A DNA stretch of 64,000 bases from Leptonemataceae bacterium. Its GTDB lineage: Bacteria; Spirochaetota; Leptospiria; Leptospirales; Leptonemataceae. Shown in pieces: positions 36,622 to 47,600 of this stretch (position 1 is its first letter; each line of letters starts with the position of its first letter). The position numbers were made by a program, and so were the translations under genes. The DNA is taken from assembly GCA_965227295.1 (NCBI GenBank), contig OZ245742.1, positions 5,664,001 to 5,728,000 of the forward strand. Reading direction: 5' to 3'. The notes below the pieces were generated by a model that saw only the letters and a list, made by a program, of their open reading frames with translations, was not told the DNA's origin and did no database searches.

Positions 36622-37977
36622 ATGATAGGCCGGATCATTTTCATCTCCACCCTGGCGCTCGTGTGCGCAGGCCCGGTAGCGGCCGAAAGCACCACGCTGT
36701 CCATCCTCTACTTTCAAAACACGCGCGGGGAAAAACAACACGACTGGCTGCGCAAGGGCATCACGGACATGCTCATCGGCGACGCGGCCCGCTCACCGGC
36801 GCTCAAAGTAGTGGAACGTGAGGATCTACAAAACGTGCTGAAAGAACAGGCCCTGGCCCAGTCGGGCATCCTGGAAGACGGCCAGGCCCTGGAGCTGGGA
36901 AGATTGCTGCGCGCTAAACTGATTGTCAGTGGAAGTTACATCGTCTCCGGCGGTGTGCTGCGCATCGAAGCGAAGCTCACGGATGTGCAGAGCGGTACGG
37001 TCCGGGACACGGCGCGGGCCGAGGGCAAACTCGCCGACGTCTTCGTCGTGCAACGCCGCCTCGCCGTGGATCTCTTTCGCGCGCTGAAGATCGAGGCGCC
37101 GCCCGGGCTCGGCCCCGCAACCGATCCGCCCACCGAATCCATAGAGGCCGTCGAGAATTACTACCAGGGCCTGGATCTGTTCGATCAGGGCGAGGTCGAG
37201 GCCGCAAAAGACAAATTCGAACAGGCGAGTCGCCTGGATCCGGTCTACGACAAACCGGCCGGAGCCTTAGAAAACGCCTACAAACTGTTAAGCGATCTGG
37301 GTCGCCTCCGCCGGCAGCGGGATTTGCGTAAATTTACGGATCGCATTACGCAACTGCGGCGGCGCCGTAGCGAACAGCCCTTCGTCAGCGCGAGCGACTT
37401 CGCCAAAGAAACCTACGCGCGCGAGGATCTTTCCATCGAAGAAAAGCAGCGCCTGGTTCAAGAACGGTTGCCGCATTTAAATCTTTGCGCGAGTCCGACC
37501 GACTGCGCGGAGAAGCAGTTGCAAACCATGCTGCAGCTCGGCGGTTTTTTCCAGCGCGACATGGAGGATCCGGACACCGCGCACGGCATCTACGAACGCG
37601 TCGTGAGCGGTGCGCGCGCGGCCGCCGGGCGCGCGGCAAAGGACGATCCCCTGCGACCGAAGATCCTGGTCCGCCGGTTGGAGGCCTACGAAAAGCTGGA
37701 GCAGTACGAACAGCAAGAGCAGGTCGTGGCATTGATCGTCCGGGACCACGCCGATTTCCAGGACCTGGGTTACGTCGAGCGCCTGCAACAGCGCGGCCTG
37801 GAACGCCTCGAAGACATTCGCGAACGCTTCGAAGAGATGGCCGAGGAACTCCAGGAGCAGGACTACCGGGGCCTCGACCTTAAGGCCCAACTCTTTTTAG
37901 GATTTTATAAGTACCGGCCGGAACGCGAGCGCGCGCAGAAGTACCGCGAGCTGGCGGCGCAAGAACTCGGGAAGTAG
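36622..37977 (+). CDS. CsgG/HfaB/FlgO-like domain plus TPR-containing exported protein
   Basis: Signal peptide; ILYFQN...WLRKGITDML...VVEREDLQNVLKEQAL...LGRLLRA...SGSY; TPR AVENYYQGL...FEQASRLDP. Confidence 0.8.
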   Translation: MIGRIIFISTLALVCAGPVAAESTTLSILYFQNTRGEKQHDWLRKGITDMLIGDAARSPALKVVEREDLQNVLKEQALAQSGILEDGQALELGRLLRAKLIVSGSYIVSGGVLRIEAKLTDVQSGTVRDTARAEGKLADVFVVQRRLAVDLFRALKIEAPPGLGPATDPPTESIEAVENYYQGLDLFDQGEVEAAKDKFEQASRLDPVYDKPAGALENAYKLLSDLGRLRRQRDLRKFTDRITQLRRRRSEQPFVSASDFAKETYAREDLSIEEKQRLVQERLPHLNLCASPTDCAEKQLQTMLQLGGFFQRDMEDPDTAHGIYERVVSGARAAAGRAAKDDPLRPKILVRRLEAYEKLEQYEQQEQVVALIVRDHADFQDLGYVERLQQRGLERLEDIRERFEEMAEELQEQDYRGLDLKAQLFLGFYKYRPERERAQKYRELAAQELGK

Positions 37978-37988
37978 ATCCGCACGGA

Positions 37989-38405
37989 ATGCGTTACCAT
38001 CGTTACTTCGCCTACACCGTCGCGGCGATCTACGGCCTGGCCGCCGTCGTCGAACTCGTACTGCTCGCTTCGATCTACGTACCGCGGTTCGGCGTCGTAA
38101 CCCCGCAGCATCTGCGTCTGTTGATTCTCGTCGGCCTCGGCCTGGCCGTGCCCGCGTTTTTTACCGGCGGCGCCTTCATCGGCAACACGCCGGACGATCC
38201 GCGCATCTTAAAAAAACTCGGCGACCACACGCTCTTGATTACGCTGGGTCTCTTAGTGTACGGCGGCCTGTTGTTAGTGATCGATCTGGAACTCGCGACC
38301 GTTCTGCGTACGGCGACGCACGCCTGCGCGGCCATCGTCCTGATCTTCGGCGTGCGCGCAGGACGGCGCCTCGCCCGGCGACCGCTGTGGTCCCGGCGCC
38401 GTTGA
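37989..38405 (+). CDS. hypothetical membrane protein
   Basis: 138 aa with 4 hydrophobic segments. Confidence 0.65.
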   Translation: MRYHRYFAYTVAAIYGLAAVVELVLLASIYVPRFGVVTPQHLRLLILVGLGLAVPAFFTGGAFIGNTPDDPRILKKLGDHTLLITLGLLVYGGLLLVIDLELATVLRTATHACAAIVLIFGVRAGRRLARRPLWSRRR

Positions 38406-38420
38406 ATCCGGACATAAAGC

Positions 38421-38918
38421 TCAGCCGCGCTCCCGTTTCCGCCGGTGAAACCAGGAGTCCTTCATCACCCCGCGTTCGCGAAAGATGTCGCACAGCCGTT
38501 CCCACTCTTCGTCCGGGAACGGCGGCGAGGCGATGGTAAAACGACGGCCGTCTTTCAGGCTGAGCTTCAACGCCTCACGCAGGCGATTCTTCGTGGTGCG
38601 CGCAAGCGTAACTTCTTCGAAGCGAACGCTGCGTGTTTCTCCGCCGAACCGCGGTTCCAACAGCAGGCGCTCGGTTTCCACGCGGACCTCGGACCAGCGG
38701 CCGGATTCCAGGACGACAATCACCGCGGTGACGACCAGGATTATCACGCCGATCACGAAGCTTTCTTCACTGAAGAACGATTCCAGCATGCCGTCGCGTT
38801 CTTCCGGATGGCAGCCGTAGACCCAGGCCAGCATCAGAACCAACACCAGAAGCACGCCGAGCAGCAGACGAACGAAGCGGGAGACCATCGACTCCACCTG
38901 CATGGTAAACGGGGACAT
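38421..38918 (-). CDS. hypothetical membrane protein (2 TM plus PH-like soluble part)
   Basis: Two strong TM segments followed by a short beta-rich domain. Confidence 0.6.
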   Translation of the reverse strand: MSPFTMQVESMVSRFVRLLLGVLLVLVLMLAWVYGCHPEERDGMLESFFSEESFVIGVIILVVTAVIVVLESGRWSEVRVETERLLLEPRFGGETRSVRFEEVTLARTTKNRLREALKLSLKDGRRFTIASPPFPDEEWERLCDIFRERGVMKDSWFHRRKRERG

Positions 38919-39002
38919 GCATCATAGAACCGCGGCCACGAATCATCGCAAGTGATTTCGAAATTTCCTTGAACGCCCCGGCCCGGCCCGGCGGATAGTC
39001 GC

Positions 39003-39794
39003 GTGCAGGAACGCGAACTCGACTGGTACGAAACGCCGCTCTACTACGACATCATCTTCGACACGGACACGCAGATCGAAGCCGACTTCCTGGAAGAAGC
39101 CTATCGCCGGTACGGCGCCGACGGAAAAAAGAGCCGCCGGTTGCTCGAACCCGCCTGCGGCAGCGGACGCCTGGTCCTGGAACTCGCCCGCCGCGGCTGG
39201 AAGGTCACGGGCCTGGATCTTTCCGACGGCATGCTCCGCTTCGCCCGGAGGCGACTCAAGCAAGCCGGCGTTTCGGCAAACCTCAAAAAAGCGGACATGG
39301 CGAACTTCGACTTTCCCGCGGCGAACTCCTTCGATCTGGCGCACAACCTCGTAAGTTCGTTTAAGTATTTGTTAACGGAAGATGACGCGCGTTCGCATCT
39401 CCAATGCGTGGCGCGGGCCCTGCGTCCCGGCGGGCTCTACGTCCTGGGCCTGCATCTCTCCGACTACGACGATCGGGACGTCGGCCGGGAACGCTGGAAG
39501 GGCGAACGCGACGGCGTCTTTGTGGACTGCGTGATTGAAGGCGATCCGCCGAACCGACGGCGCCGCCGGGAGACGGTCCGTTCGATCTTAACGATCCGCG
39601 AAAACGGAGAACGCTTTCGCGCGCGCACGGAATGGACCTTTCGCACGTACGACGACCGCCAGCTCGCGAAGCTGCTCCGCAGCGTGCCGGAGTTCGAAGT
39701 CGCGGCGATCTTCGATTTTCACTATCGCTTCGACCGCCCGCATACGCTCGACGACGATCAACTGGATACGTTGTTGATCTTACGGAAGTTGTAA
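39003..39794 (+). CDS. class I SAM-dependent methyltransferase
   Basis: LLEPACGSGR, VTGLDLSDGML, ADMANF and ALRPGGLYV motifs. Confidence 0.92.
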   Translation: MQERELDWYETPLYYDIIFDTDTQIEADFLEEAYRRYGADGKKSRRLLEPACGSGRLVLELARRGWKVTGLDLSDGMLRFARRRLKQAGVSANLKKADMANFDFPAANSFDLAHNLVSSFKYLLTEDDARSHLQCVARALRPGGLYVLGLHLSDYDDRDVGRERWKGERDGVFVDCVIEGDPPNRRRRRETVRSILTIRENGERFRARTEWTFRTYDDRQLAKLLRSVPEFEVAAIFDFHYRFDRPHTLDDDQLDTLLILRKL

Positions 39795-39880
39795 CGACGG
39801 CGAATCTTTGACGAGTTTTCCTGAATTTCAAGACTACAAGACTTAACCAAGATTCACTTTTCGACCCATCCCTTTTCTCG

Positions 39881-40123
39881 ATGACAGGCTTCGTCTTCGC
39901 CGGGCTTGCTGTTTTCTTTCTACGAAAGGATATGGCCGCGCCATATTTGCAAAATTACGCGCGCGGGCGGCGATGGCAACGGCGGGAGCCGCCACCTAAA
40001 GGTTATGAACAGGGCATGAACATCGCCGATGTGCAAGCGGCGCACGTTCGGGAAATTGACGCGGATCTTGCAGCAGCGTCGCCGGAAATGCTGCGGCTTT
40101 ACCGACAAAAGCAGGCGCAATGA
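39881..40123 (+). CDS. small hypothetical ORF, possibly a gene remnant
   Basis: 80-aa ORF whose stop overlaps the next ATG (ATGA). Confidence 0.35.
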   Translation: MTGFVFAGLAVFFLRKDMAAPYLQNYARGRRWQRREPPPKGYEQGMNIADVQAAHVREIDADLAAASPEMLRLYRQKQAQ

Positions 40124-41427
40124 AAGATGTATGCACGCGAGTCGTGAGTGTCGGCATTGTTGCCGGGGTACTTTGCGGTGCGCCGGTCTTATGGGCTCAG
40201 CCTGCGCAAAAGGGATTCGTCGATGATGTGGGCGATGTCCTGGAAGGTTCCGCGAATCCGGCTCACTTGTTTGACGGCCCACTCGCAGATCTCATCCAGG
40301 CGGATCTTAACGCGGATATGAATTCGGCCATGTTTGACGGCATTGGCGAAATGATCGTTCTCAAGTACTTTACTGTCCAACCGACTTTTCGCAATCAATG
40401 CGGGTGTAGTCTAAAGGCCGCTCAGCCGCGTTCCGTGAATTTCTTTCGTCCGAATCGACCAGCTTTAGATTCCTATGCCCGTTACGAATCCCCCATCATA
40501 AACAGTTTCGGCGCGGACATTGACGATTCACCGAACCAATACAATAATGTCATGCTTGGCGATTCCATTACGGAACTTGCGGGAGATTTTACCATATACA
40601 CTCCAGGATATGGAATCGTAAATGCTGGAGTGGGCGGCGCTACATCGGAGGATCTGGCCGACTGGTTAGATTTTTGCGCATCTCAGAACCCCGCCCTATG
40701 GACTGGCAAGCCTCATGCACAGGCCGGATGTGGCGACGGTGTGGGGAACGGTGGTCGTTTCGCCTGCAATCCGCCGCCGGGTGCCGCTCCCGGGCAAATA
40801 CCCTTTGGCAGCGCATCGGCGCTATCCGCGCCGGAGAAATATCAAGGTTATGTCCAGTTTCAGAATCGGAATGTCTACATCATGATAGGCGGGAACGATT
40901 TTGCGATCAAACTATACAAGAGCCAAATGGAGACGCTACCGGCTTTGATTCCCTTCAGGCATTTGCACGTTGGGAATCAAATCAACAAAGCGATCACGTA
41001 CGTCCAGCATCAAGCTAATACCAGAGTCACCCTGGTAGGCTATCCTCCTTTCCCTTCATATTATCCGGGCTCTGAACTTGACAATCCGTACTTTAACTTA
41101 CTCGCAACCCTGAGCGGGCTAGGACTGTATCATCGCTTTGACGAGTGGTTCGAAAAATCCGGCCTTGGTTATTCAAATGTCAAAGTTGGATTTCGTGCGC
41201 AGGGCGACAGCTTTAAGCTTATCAACGGCGAGTGTGTAGACACAACGCCACCGCCGCCGCCCGTACATGTTCCGGTCATTGTAGAAAACGCTAACGCCGC
41301 ACCGACGGACCGACCTGATGCGGCTGTTACAAATCCGACATACGAACCACCGCCCGCCGCCGGGTTAACTGACACACATATGCTTTTAATCGCTTTGTGT
41401 TTTCTTACGGGAATCTGTGCGTTCTAA
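40120..41427 (+). CDS. exported SGNH/GDSL-hydrolase-like protein, possibly incomplete
   Basis: Signal peptide; blocks MLGDSIT, NAGVGGATS and IMIGGNDF; no clear DxxH block; Pro-rich linker and hydrophobic C-terminal tail; visibly more AT-rich than flanks. Confidence 0.65.
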   Translation: MKDVCTRVVSVGIVAGVLCGAPVLWAQPAQKGFVDDVGDVLEGSANPAHLFDGPLADLIQADLNADMNSAMFDGIGEMIVLKYFTVQPTFRNQCGCSLKAAQPRSVNFFRPNRPALDSYARYESPIINSFGADIDDSPNQYNNVMLGDSITELAGDFTIYTPGYGIVNAGVGGATSEDLADWLDFCASQNPALWTGKPHAQAGCGDGVGNGGRFACNPPPGAAPGQIPFGSASALSAPEKYQGYVQFQNRNVYIMIGGNDFAIKLYKSQMETLPALIPFRHLHVGNQINKAITYVQHQANTRVTLVGYPPFPSYYPGSELDNPYFNLLATLSGLGLYHRFDEWFEKSGLGYSNVKVGFRAQGDSFKLINGECVDTTPPPPPVHVPVIVENANAAPTDRPDAAVTNPTYEPPPAAGLTDTHMLLIALCFLTGICAF

Positions 41428-41441
41428 AGCAGGAGTAAATC

Positions 41442-41642
41442 ATGCGGCACTTCTTTCTCATTATTGTGATCTTACTGGTTCTCTTCGCCAGGTGCGAAGA
41501 CAAGGACGAGTCATCGCCTGAAGACCGGGCTATCTTGTGCCTCGCTTCAGTTTTGCTGTGCGAGGACGAACCAGAAGAGCAAAAGGGAACCTGTCGAGCA
41601 AACAGAGCGCTCTTGTTTTGCATCGAAGGGGGCACACTATGA
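41442..41642 (+). CDS. small Cys-rich lipoprotein
   Basis: AGGAG SD; hydrophobic signal ending FARC, then four more Cys residues. Confidence 0.65.
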   Translation: MRHFFLIIVILLVLFARCEDKDESSPEDRAILCLASVLLCEDEPEEQKGTCRANRALLFCIEGGTL

Positions 41643-41683
41643 ACAAAGCTGTCCTGGAAGAGATCCGCTTAGACACCGAAAAC

Positions 41684-42151
41684 CTAAAACTCCAGCGTGG
41701 CCTTGCCGTAGTAATCAGGGGGAGCGTCGGGGTTCAAAGCGAAGGCCGTTTCGTAGGCTTCCAGCGCTTCCGACAACCGGCCCAGGTTGCGGAGTACGTG
41801 ACCGCGACCGTAGTGCGCGAGGCTGTGCGCGGGATCCAGGGCCACCGCGGCCTCGTAGGCCTGCAGGGCTTCGGGCAACATGCCCAGGTACCGAAAGACA
41901 TGGCCGCGGCCGAGGTGCGGCAGGCAGTAACTCTGATCCAGGCGAATGGCCGTGCCGTAGGATTCCAGGGCGCCGTGAGGTAAATTCAACAGATACAGAA
42001 CGTTGCCGCGGCCGTTATAGAAAGGGGCCCGGGTGGGCTGGAGCCGAATCGTCTCGTCAAAAATTTCCAGGGCCTGGAGGGCCTCCCCGCGATTCGCGAG
42101 GCTGACCGCTTCCTGATAAATATCCTCAATATTTGCCTGCATCTCTACCAT
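41684..42151 (-). CDS. tetratricopeptide repeat protein, probably C-terminally truncated
   Basis: 34-residue repeats (YNGRGNVL, HLGRGHVF, HYGRGHVL); stops early in the next repeat (YYGKATLEF). Confidence 0.8.
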   Translation of the reverse strand: MVEMQANIEDIYQEAVSLANRGEALQALEIFDETIRLQPTRAPFYNGRGNVLYLLNLPHGALESYGTAIRLDQSYCLPHLGRGHVFRYLGMLPEALQAYEAAVALDPAHSLAHYGRGHVLRNLGRLSEALEAYETAFALNPDAPPDYYGKATLEF

Positions 42152-42305
42152 CGCCGTTCCTCTTCCGGTTAAATGCCGCATTCCCCGTGTTTCACGACTA
42201 ACTTTTAGTATTTGTGTTTTTGTTAGATTTTTTGCATGAGCTTGAATGCTTCTGTCACCGGGGCCGGGGACAGAAGAATCGGCAAGATTAATTATGATTG
42301 GCTAT

Positions 42306-42336
42306 AAAAAAAATGCCCCTTCGTGCGAAGGGGCAT
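42306..42336 (-). terminator. intrinsic terminator of the contractile injection operon
   Basis: On the minus strand ATGCCCCTTC-GCAC-GAAGGGGCAT is followed by a T run, about 80 nt after the last operon gene. Confidence 0.85.
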
Positions 42337-42417
42337 ACTTTCTGTGCGGGCGAACGCAACCGGCGGTTTCCACCCCGCTTCAATACTACGCGCCGCCCGG
42401 CTTCGAACGGGCCGGAA

Positions 42418-44670
42418 TCATTCTGCGTCGACGCGCGGCACGACGAAGAAGACGCCTGCTTCTTTTCCGAACCGCAGGTACTCGACAATGTTCGTTCGCA
42501 GGTTGCCTTCGCGCTGGGCCTCTTTCAAATGATAGAGGGCGCCCATCTCCGATCCGTCCTCCGCCCCGGTCCGAATCTCTTCCGGTACATCTTCCCGCAG
42601 ACGCATGTACGCCGGATGGCCGAAGTCCGTGGTTACGAAAATCGGACGCACCCGCTCGCGCACGATGGACTCTTCGGTAAAGAGCGTATGCGGTCCTTCG
42701 CCCTGGTTCCAAAGGTTGACGGCCAGGCCGGGCTGGCAGCGGAACCGGCGCGGGGTCAGAGAATTGTCGGCGATGCTGCTGTAACGGATGCATCCGCTCT
42801 GGCGACGCTCGGCATCGATGATGCCCTGGAAGATCGAGTTCTCTGCTTCGAGATAACGCACGTGGGTTTCACCGAGAATGGTCGTCGCCTCGATGTCGGC
42901 GCGACTGCGCTCCGCATCTACGGCGCGTCCGCTGTGAGCGTGCACAATGCTGTCCACGAGCACCAGAGCGGCGGTGGACGTGCCGAACGCAAGTTGCGCG
43001 GCGATGCTGCGTTCAAAAACAACGGTCAGGTTCTCGTTGTATGTACCGGCCACGTTCGGTACGGCGTTCGCCTGCACGGAGAGCACGCCCTCCCCGGAAT
43101 TGGAACCGGTCAGCGTCGAATGCGCGAACCGCAAGCGCCCTAAGTTTCCCTGTACCACAGTTAACGCGCCTTCCACCAGCAGGCCGTCGCACAGCAAACG
43201 CCCCGGCGTGCGACTTTCCGCCGGCGCCGTTCCTTCCACTTCGATGGAACCGACAAGGTGCGGTCGCAGGCCGGCCGGCACCATGACTCCGGTCCGGCGC
43301 TCGCCGGCGATTACGTTGGGAATCTCGCCCGTCACGGGCCAGTCCGCCGCGGCAATCATGAGGCTGGAGCCGTCTTGCATAACGATGCGCGACGCGGCGG
43401 TGAGATCCTCCGCGTAGCTGGAGTTGTCCATGATCGTAATCAGCCCCACGGTACCGGCGGCCCCGGCGTTCCAGGCCGCAACGGCCTCGCCCAGGGTCGC
43501 ATAGATCGTTTCCGTCCCCACCGGCGTATGACTCTTCGAAACGCCGACGTGCCAGGTAACGCTGTCCAGGTCCAGGGCCTCGTCCACGGAGGCGCGACGG
43601 TTGTAGGGGCCGCCGCCGAGGTCGCCGCTGAATCCGTAAGAGTACGTTACGCGTACGTTAGAGGGAGTAGCCGATTCCGGAAAAGCGATGCGACCGAGCA
43701 CCGGGTCCACGGCGACACTGATCGGTTGATCCACGCTTTGTTCGACGCCGTCCTCGTAGTAGATGTATGTCTTCGTAGACGGCGGTTTTTCCCAGGCGCT
43801 CAGATCCGTAACCAGGATCTCCGCCGGAGGAATCACCGTACCGTTGTCGCTTACGACCAGGACCTCGTCGTCTTCGGCGAAGTACAGATACTCGCGGGTG
43901 ATGTCGCCGTCCGGATCGCGCAGGTTTTCGGTTTCGTCGTAGAGCGGGCGACGACGCAGGGGTGTTGGCAGATTCACCTCGCCGGCGAAACTGCTGATGC
44001 TCTCTTCGGTGCGCGGTCGGTTAAACAACGGCAGGTCCATGCCGAGAGGACTGAAGTTATAACAGCCGGGTTGGACTTCAAAGGCCTCGGCGCTACGCAC
44101 CTCGTAGGACGGCACCGGCCAGACGTAGATGCCGACGTTCGGAATGTTGTAGGCCCCGCCACCTTCCGGGCGACGTACATCCACGGTATGCGCCTGGGTA
44201 TCGAAGGCGGTGTACACGAGATCCATGGCATTCGCGTCCCGAATGTTCGCGGTGCCGCCTTTACCGATGCGCGGGTGATTGATGTTCTGGGTCGCACCGA
44301 GCAGCTCGAAAAACTCCACGACCTTCGAAGGCCAGCCGGTGGCGTCCCGGGCCAGTTGTTCGAGCACGGCCGCGGTACCTTTGCGGCGACGATACGCGAG
44401 CGTATTCGCCACGAAGGCGCGCTGACTGAAGATACCGGGAATCCCGGGATACAGACCGCGCAATCCCAACAGATCGCCCAGGTACGGGACGGCCCATTCC
44501 TCGCACGTCTCGACGAACCAGTTTTCGTAGAGGGTATCGAGATCGTCCTCGAAGATCTTCAGTTCTTCTTCCATGACCCCCAGGAGGGCGCGCAGGGGTT
44601 CTCCTTGCGCGGCGTCCCGGCGACGGTGCACGGCCGGTAATAGATTATAGAGTCTTTCGCTGGTTGCCAT
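42418..44670 (-). CDS. eCIS baseplate wedge / phage tail protein I-like protein
   Basis: LYNLLPAVHRRRD...LYENWFVETCEEWAVPYLGDLLG, RRRKGTAAVLEQLA, VDPVLGRIAF and GAEDGSEMGA motifs, typical of the gene after eCIS baseplate J proteins. Confidence 0.8.
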   Translation of the reverse strand: MATSERLYNLLPAVHRRRDAAQGEPLRALLGVMEEELKIFEDDLDTLYENWFVETCEEWAVPYLGDLLGLRGLYPGIPGIFSQRAFVANTLAYRRRKGTAAVLEQLARDATGWPSKVVEFFELLGATQNINHPRIGKGGTANIRDANAMDLVYTAFDTQAHTVDVRRPEGGGAYNIPNVGIYVWPVPSYEVRSAEAFEVQPGCYNFSPLGMDLPLFNRPRTEESISSFAGEVNLPTPLRRRPLYDETENLRDPDGDITREYLYFAEDDEVLVVSDNGTVIPPAEILVTDLSAWEKPPSTKTYIYYEDGVEQSVDQPISVAVDPVLGRIAFPESATPSNVRVTYSYGFSGDLGGGPYNRRASVDEALDLDSVTWHVGVSKSHTPVGTETIYATLGEAVAAWNAGAAGTVGLITIMDNSSYAEDLTAASRIVMQDGSSLMIAAADWPVTGEIPNVIAGERRTGVMVPAGLRPHLVGSIEVEGTAPAESRTPGRLLCDGLLVEGALTVVQGNLGRLRFAHSTLTGSNSGEGVLSVQANAVPNVAGTYNENLTVVFERSIAAQLAFGTSTAALVLVDSIVHAHSGRAVDAERSRADIEATTILGETHVRYLEAENSIFQGIIDAERRQSGCIRYSSIADNSLTPRRFRCQPGLAVNLWNQGEGPHTLFTEESIVRERVRPIFVTTDFGHPAYMRLREDVPEEIRTGAEDGSEMGALYHLKEAQREGNLRTNIVEYLRFGKEAGVFFVVPRVDAE

Positions 44671-44681
44671 GTCGGATGTCC

Positions 44682-47600
44682 TTAAATGAATTGCATGAGA
44701 ATGATTCCGGCCGTGTCCTCGTTCAGGAGGAGCATCTGTGCCGGCAGGAAGTCCCCGGTGCTGCCGTCCCGGCGCGCCAGTTCCGCCGCCAGGGTGGAGT
44801 CCACCGCCGCCCGGTATTCATAGACGTTCAGGCGGCCGCGTTCCTTCACCACGGCCAGGCCGTCCGCCGCGTCCGGTTCCCGGATCGTCCAGCGCAGACC
44901 GCGTTTTTCCTGGAAGATCAGCGCGTCCGTGGTGGGCACGTCGAAATCCGTGAGACCGAGTTCGGTGACCTTCGCCTGGATGTTGCTTTGCAGATCCGTC
45001 GTTACCGTGCTGGAACTCTCGAGGTAGTTCTGATTCGGTTCGATATCCAGGCCGAAGATGACGCTGGACGTAAGATACAGCTGATCGAGGTCCACGGCCT
45101 CGACGCCGTCCACGGATTCCAGGACCGTCACGATTTCCGCCGCGGAGACCTCCTGGCCGAAGCCGCGATTCCGAAACGCGAAGTGATTGCGCAAGGCCGT
45201 GTTGGCCGCGGCGAAGACTCGCTCCGGTATGTAACTTGCGTCGATTAGAAGTTTGGCCGCGATATTGAAGCGCAGCGGTTCGTAGGACGCCACGCGGACC
45301 GGCTGAAAGGGGTCGCGCACGGAATCGATACTGCGGATCAAATTCTGGTACAGCCCGGAATTCGTGGCCACGCTGCTGCCGCCGTCCCCGGCCACCGTAA
45401 TGTAGACGAGCTGGATCTCATCCTGCCACAGGCTTACGGCCCGGGCCTTACCGATGCCGCCGAAACCGCGGGCGAAGTTTTCGAAATCTTTCAACGAAAC
45501 AATGCGATCCAGGGTCAGCACCGAAAACGGGGCCCGCTCCCGCGCCTCGCCGAGGTCCTCCGGGGCCGAAGCTCCGGTGGCCGGCAACGGATTGTCCACT
45601 TCCGCAATGCCCACGGGCTGCGTTTGCATGAGTCGCAGGGTATTCGCGGAGACCTGACCGTCCGGACCGATGCCCTTGCGATAGGCAGCGGAAATGTTTT
45701 CGATTCCCGTGGGCAGACGTTCGCCGTTCTCGCCGTCACCGAAGATGATGCGAATGGTACCGTCATCGTCGTGGCGGACCGCGTACTTGCGATCCCGGGC
45801 GCCGAGATCGTACAGTGACGGGCTCTCTTCCCAGAGGACGTCATTGACGCGAACCTCCAGGCTGGTCTCCGTTCCCGTCGCCGTCGGCGCGGATACGTAG
45901 GTCAGCGGCGGTTCGCGCAGCGCGAAGACCTGATTCTTCAGCGACGCATCGCCGGAGCCGAGAACCTCGGAGATCGTTTCGCCGTGAGTCGCCGCGACGA
46001 CGTTCGCCTGGATCGTCACCGTAAGTCTATCGTAGCTGAAGTTAAGCGGAGCTTCGAATTGAAGCGTGCTGTACTTCTGGCTTTGCAGTACGTTCTTCAA
46101 AATTACGGCTTCGCTTACGATCTCGTCGTCCTCGTCCGCGGCCAAAGTGACGAAGGGCTCCGCGCCCGGGGCGACGGTGACCGTACCGATGAAACCCTTA
46201 TCCGTTTCCAGGGCCCAGACCGTTTCACCGGCCAGGGTCGTGACCGGGCTTTCGAGTACGGTGAGGATGTCACCGGGCACGAGGCTGATCGTCTGTGAAC
46301 CGTCGTCGGAAATCATGCGCGGCCGATCGATCTCCTGCAGATCTTCCACGACCTGCAGTCGACTGCGTTTGCCGCTGACGATCAGCACCCGACCGGTCTC
46401 AAGCTCCGTAACGATGCCGGCCAGATCGATCTGATCGCCGCCGACGACTTCCGCGCGCTGGATCGGTGCGGCGGCCAATGTCAACTCTTCACTCTGCAAG
46501 TATACGGTGGTGTCGCGCAGGCCGTAGTTGCCGAGGCCGGTCGGCGTATCCAGTTGCAGACGACTCAACCGTTCGCTCAGGAGAAAGTCCTGGCGATTCA
46601 TCGTTAAGTTCTGTTCAATGCGATATAAGCGACGGCCGGCGCTGTTTTCGAGCACCACCCATCCGCCGGCGAGGGCCTGGGTATAGGTGGTGTCCAGGTC
46701 CACGTACGAATCGAAGATCTTAAAGTCCGGCCATTCCTCGGGATAATCGTCCGGAAGCGGAATCGCGAAGCGCAGTTCCACCGGATAACCGGCCTGCTCG
46801 TTCAGAAGCGTGAGCTGGATCTCGTCGTTCGCCGCGGAAAGAACGCGCGCATCGTCCGCCGTATACACGGCCTCGTTCACCGCGAGATCGTGTCCCTCGA
46901 AGACCCGGGCTTCCGGCCAGATGCTGTCGTCCGCCGTCTTTAATTGCCATTCCTGCACCGAGCCGTTCTGCCCGCCGATCAAAATACGATCCGGCCAATC
47001 ACCGTTTGTCGCCGTGCCAATCGTACCGGCCGTGCCCGGAAAAGCGACACTGTTTGCCGGAGCATTCGCCACGATAAAACTGATCGTGGCGTCGTCCTGG
47101 AGCCGGCGGATGACCAGGTTCCGGGCGGCGTCCACGAACGCCAGGTAGGCGTTGTCCGCGGATACGGCGAGGTCGTAGATCACTCCGTAGTCGCCGTCGG
47201 TGAAAGTAGCACCGGCCGCGGCGCTGGAGCCGTTCCAGGTCCAGAAGCTCACGGTCTTGTTGCTGCCGGCCGCAACGATGATGGAACCGCCGCCGTCGGA
47301 GTACCACTTCACCGTGTTTACGGGACTTGTATCGACGACGATCGTGTGCACCAGCGCCCCGTTGCTGCGATTCCATACACGCACCTTTCCGTCCGTGTAG
47401 GCGCCGGCAATGTAGGCGTCGTCCGGAGAAAACGTGACGTCGTACACATAGACCGTAGATCGATCTTCGTCATCGAGGGGGATCGTCGCATCGAACATGC
47501 TTTGCAACGGAGCCGTACTCGTCCCCGTGTTCCAGCTCCACAGCGTTCCGTCAAGACCGCCGGCGGCCACGGTGGTGTTGTCGCCGGACACGGCGACCGC

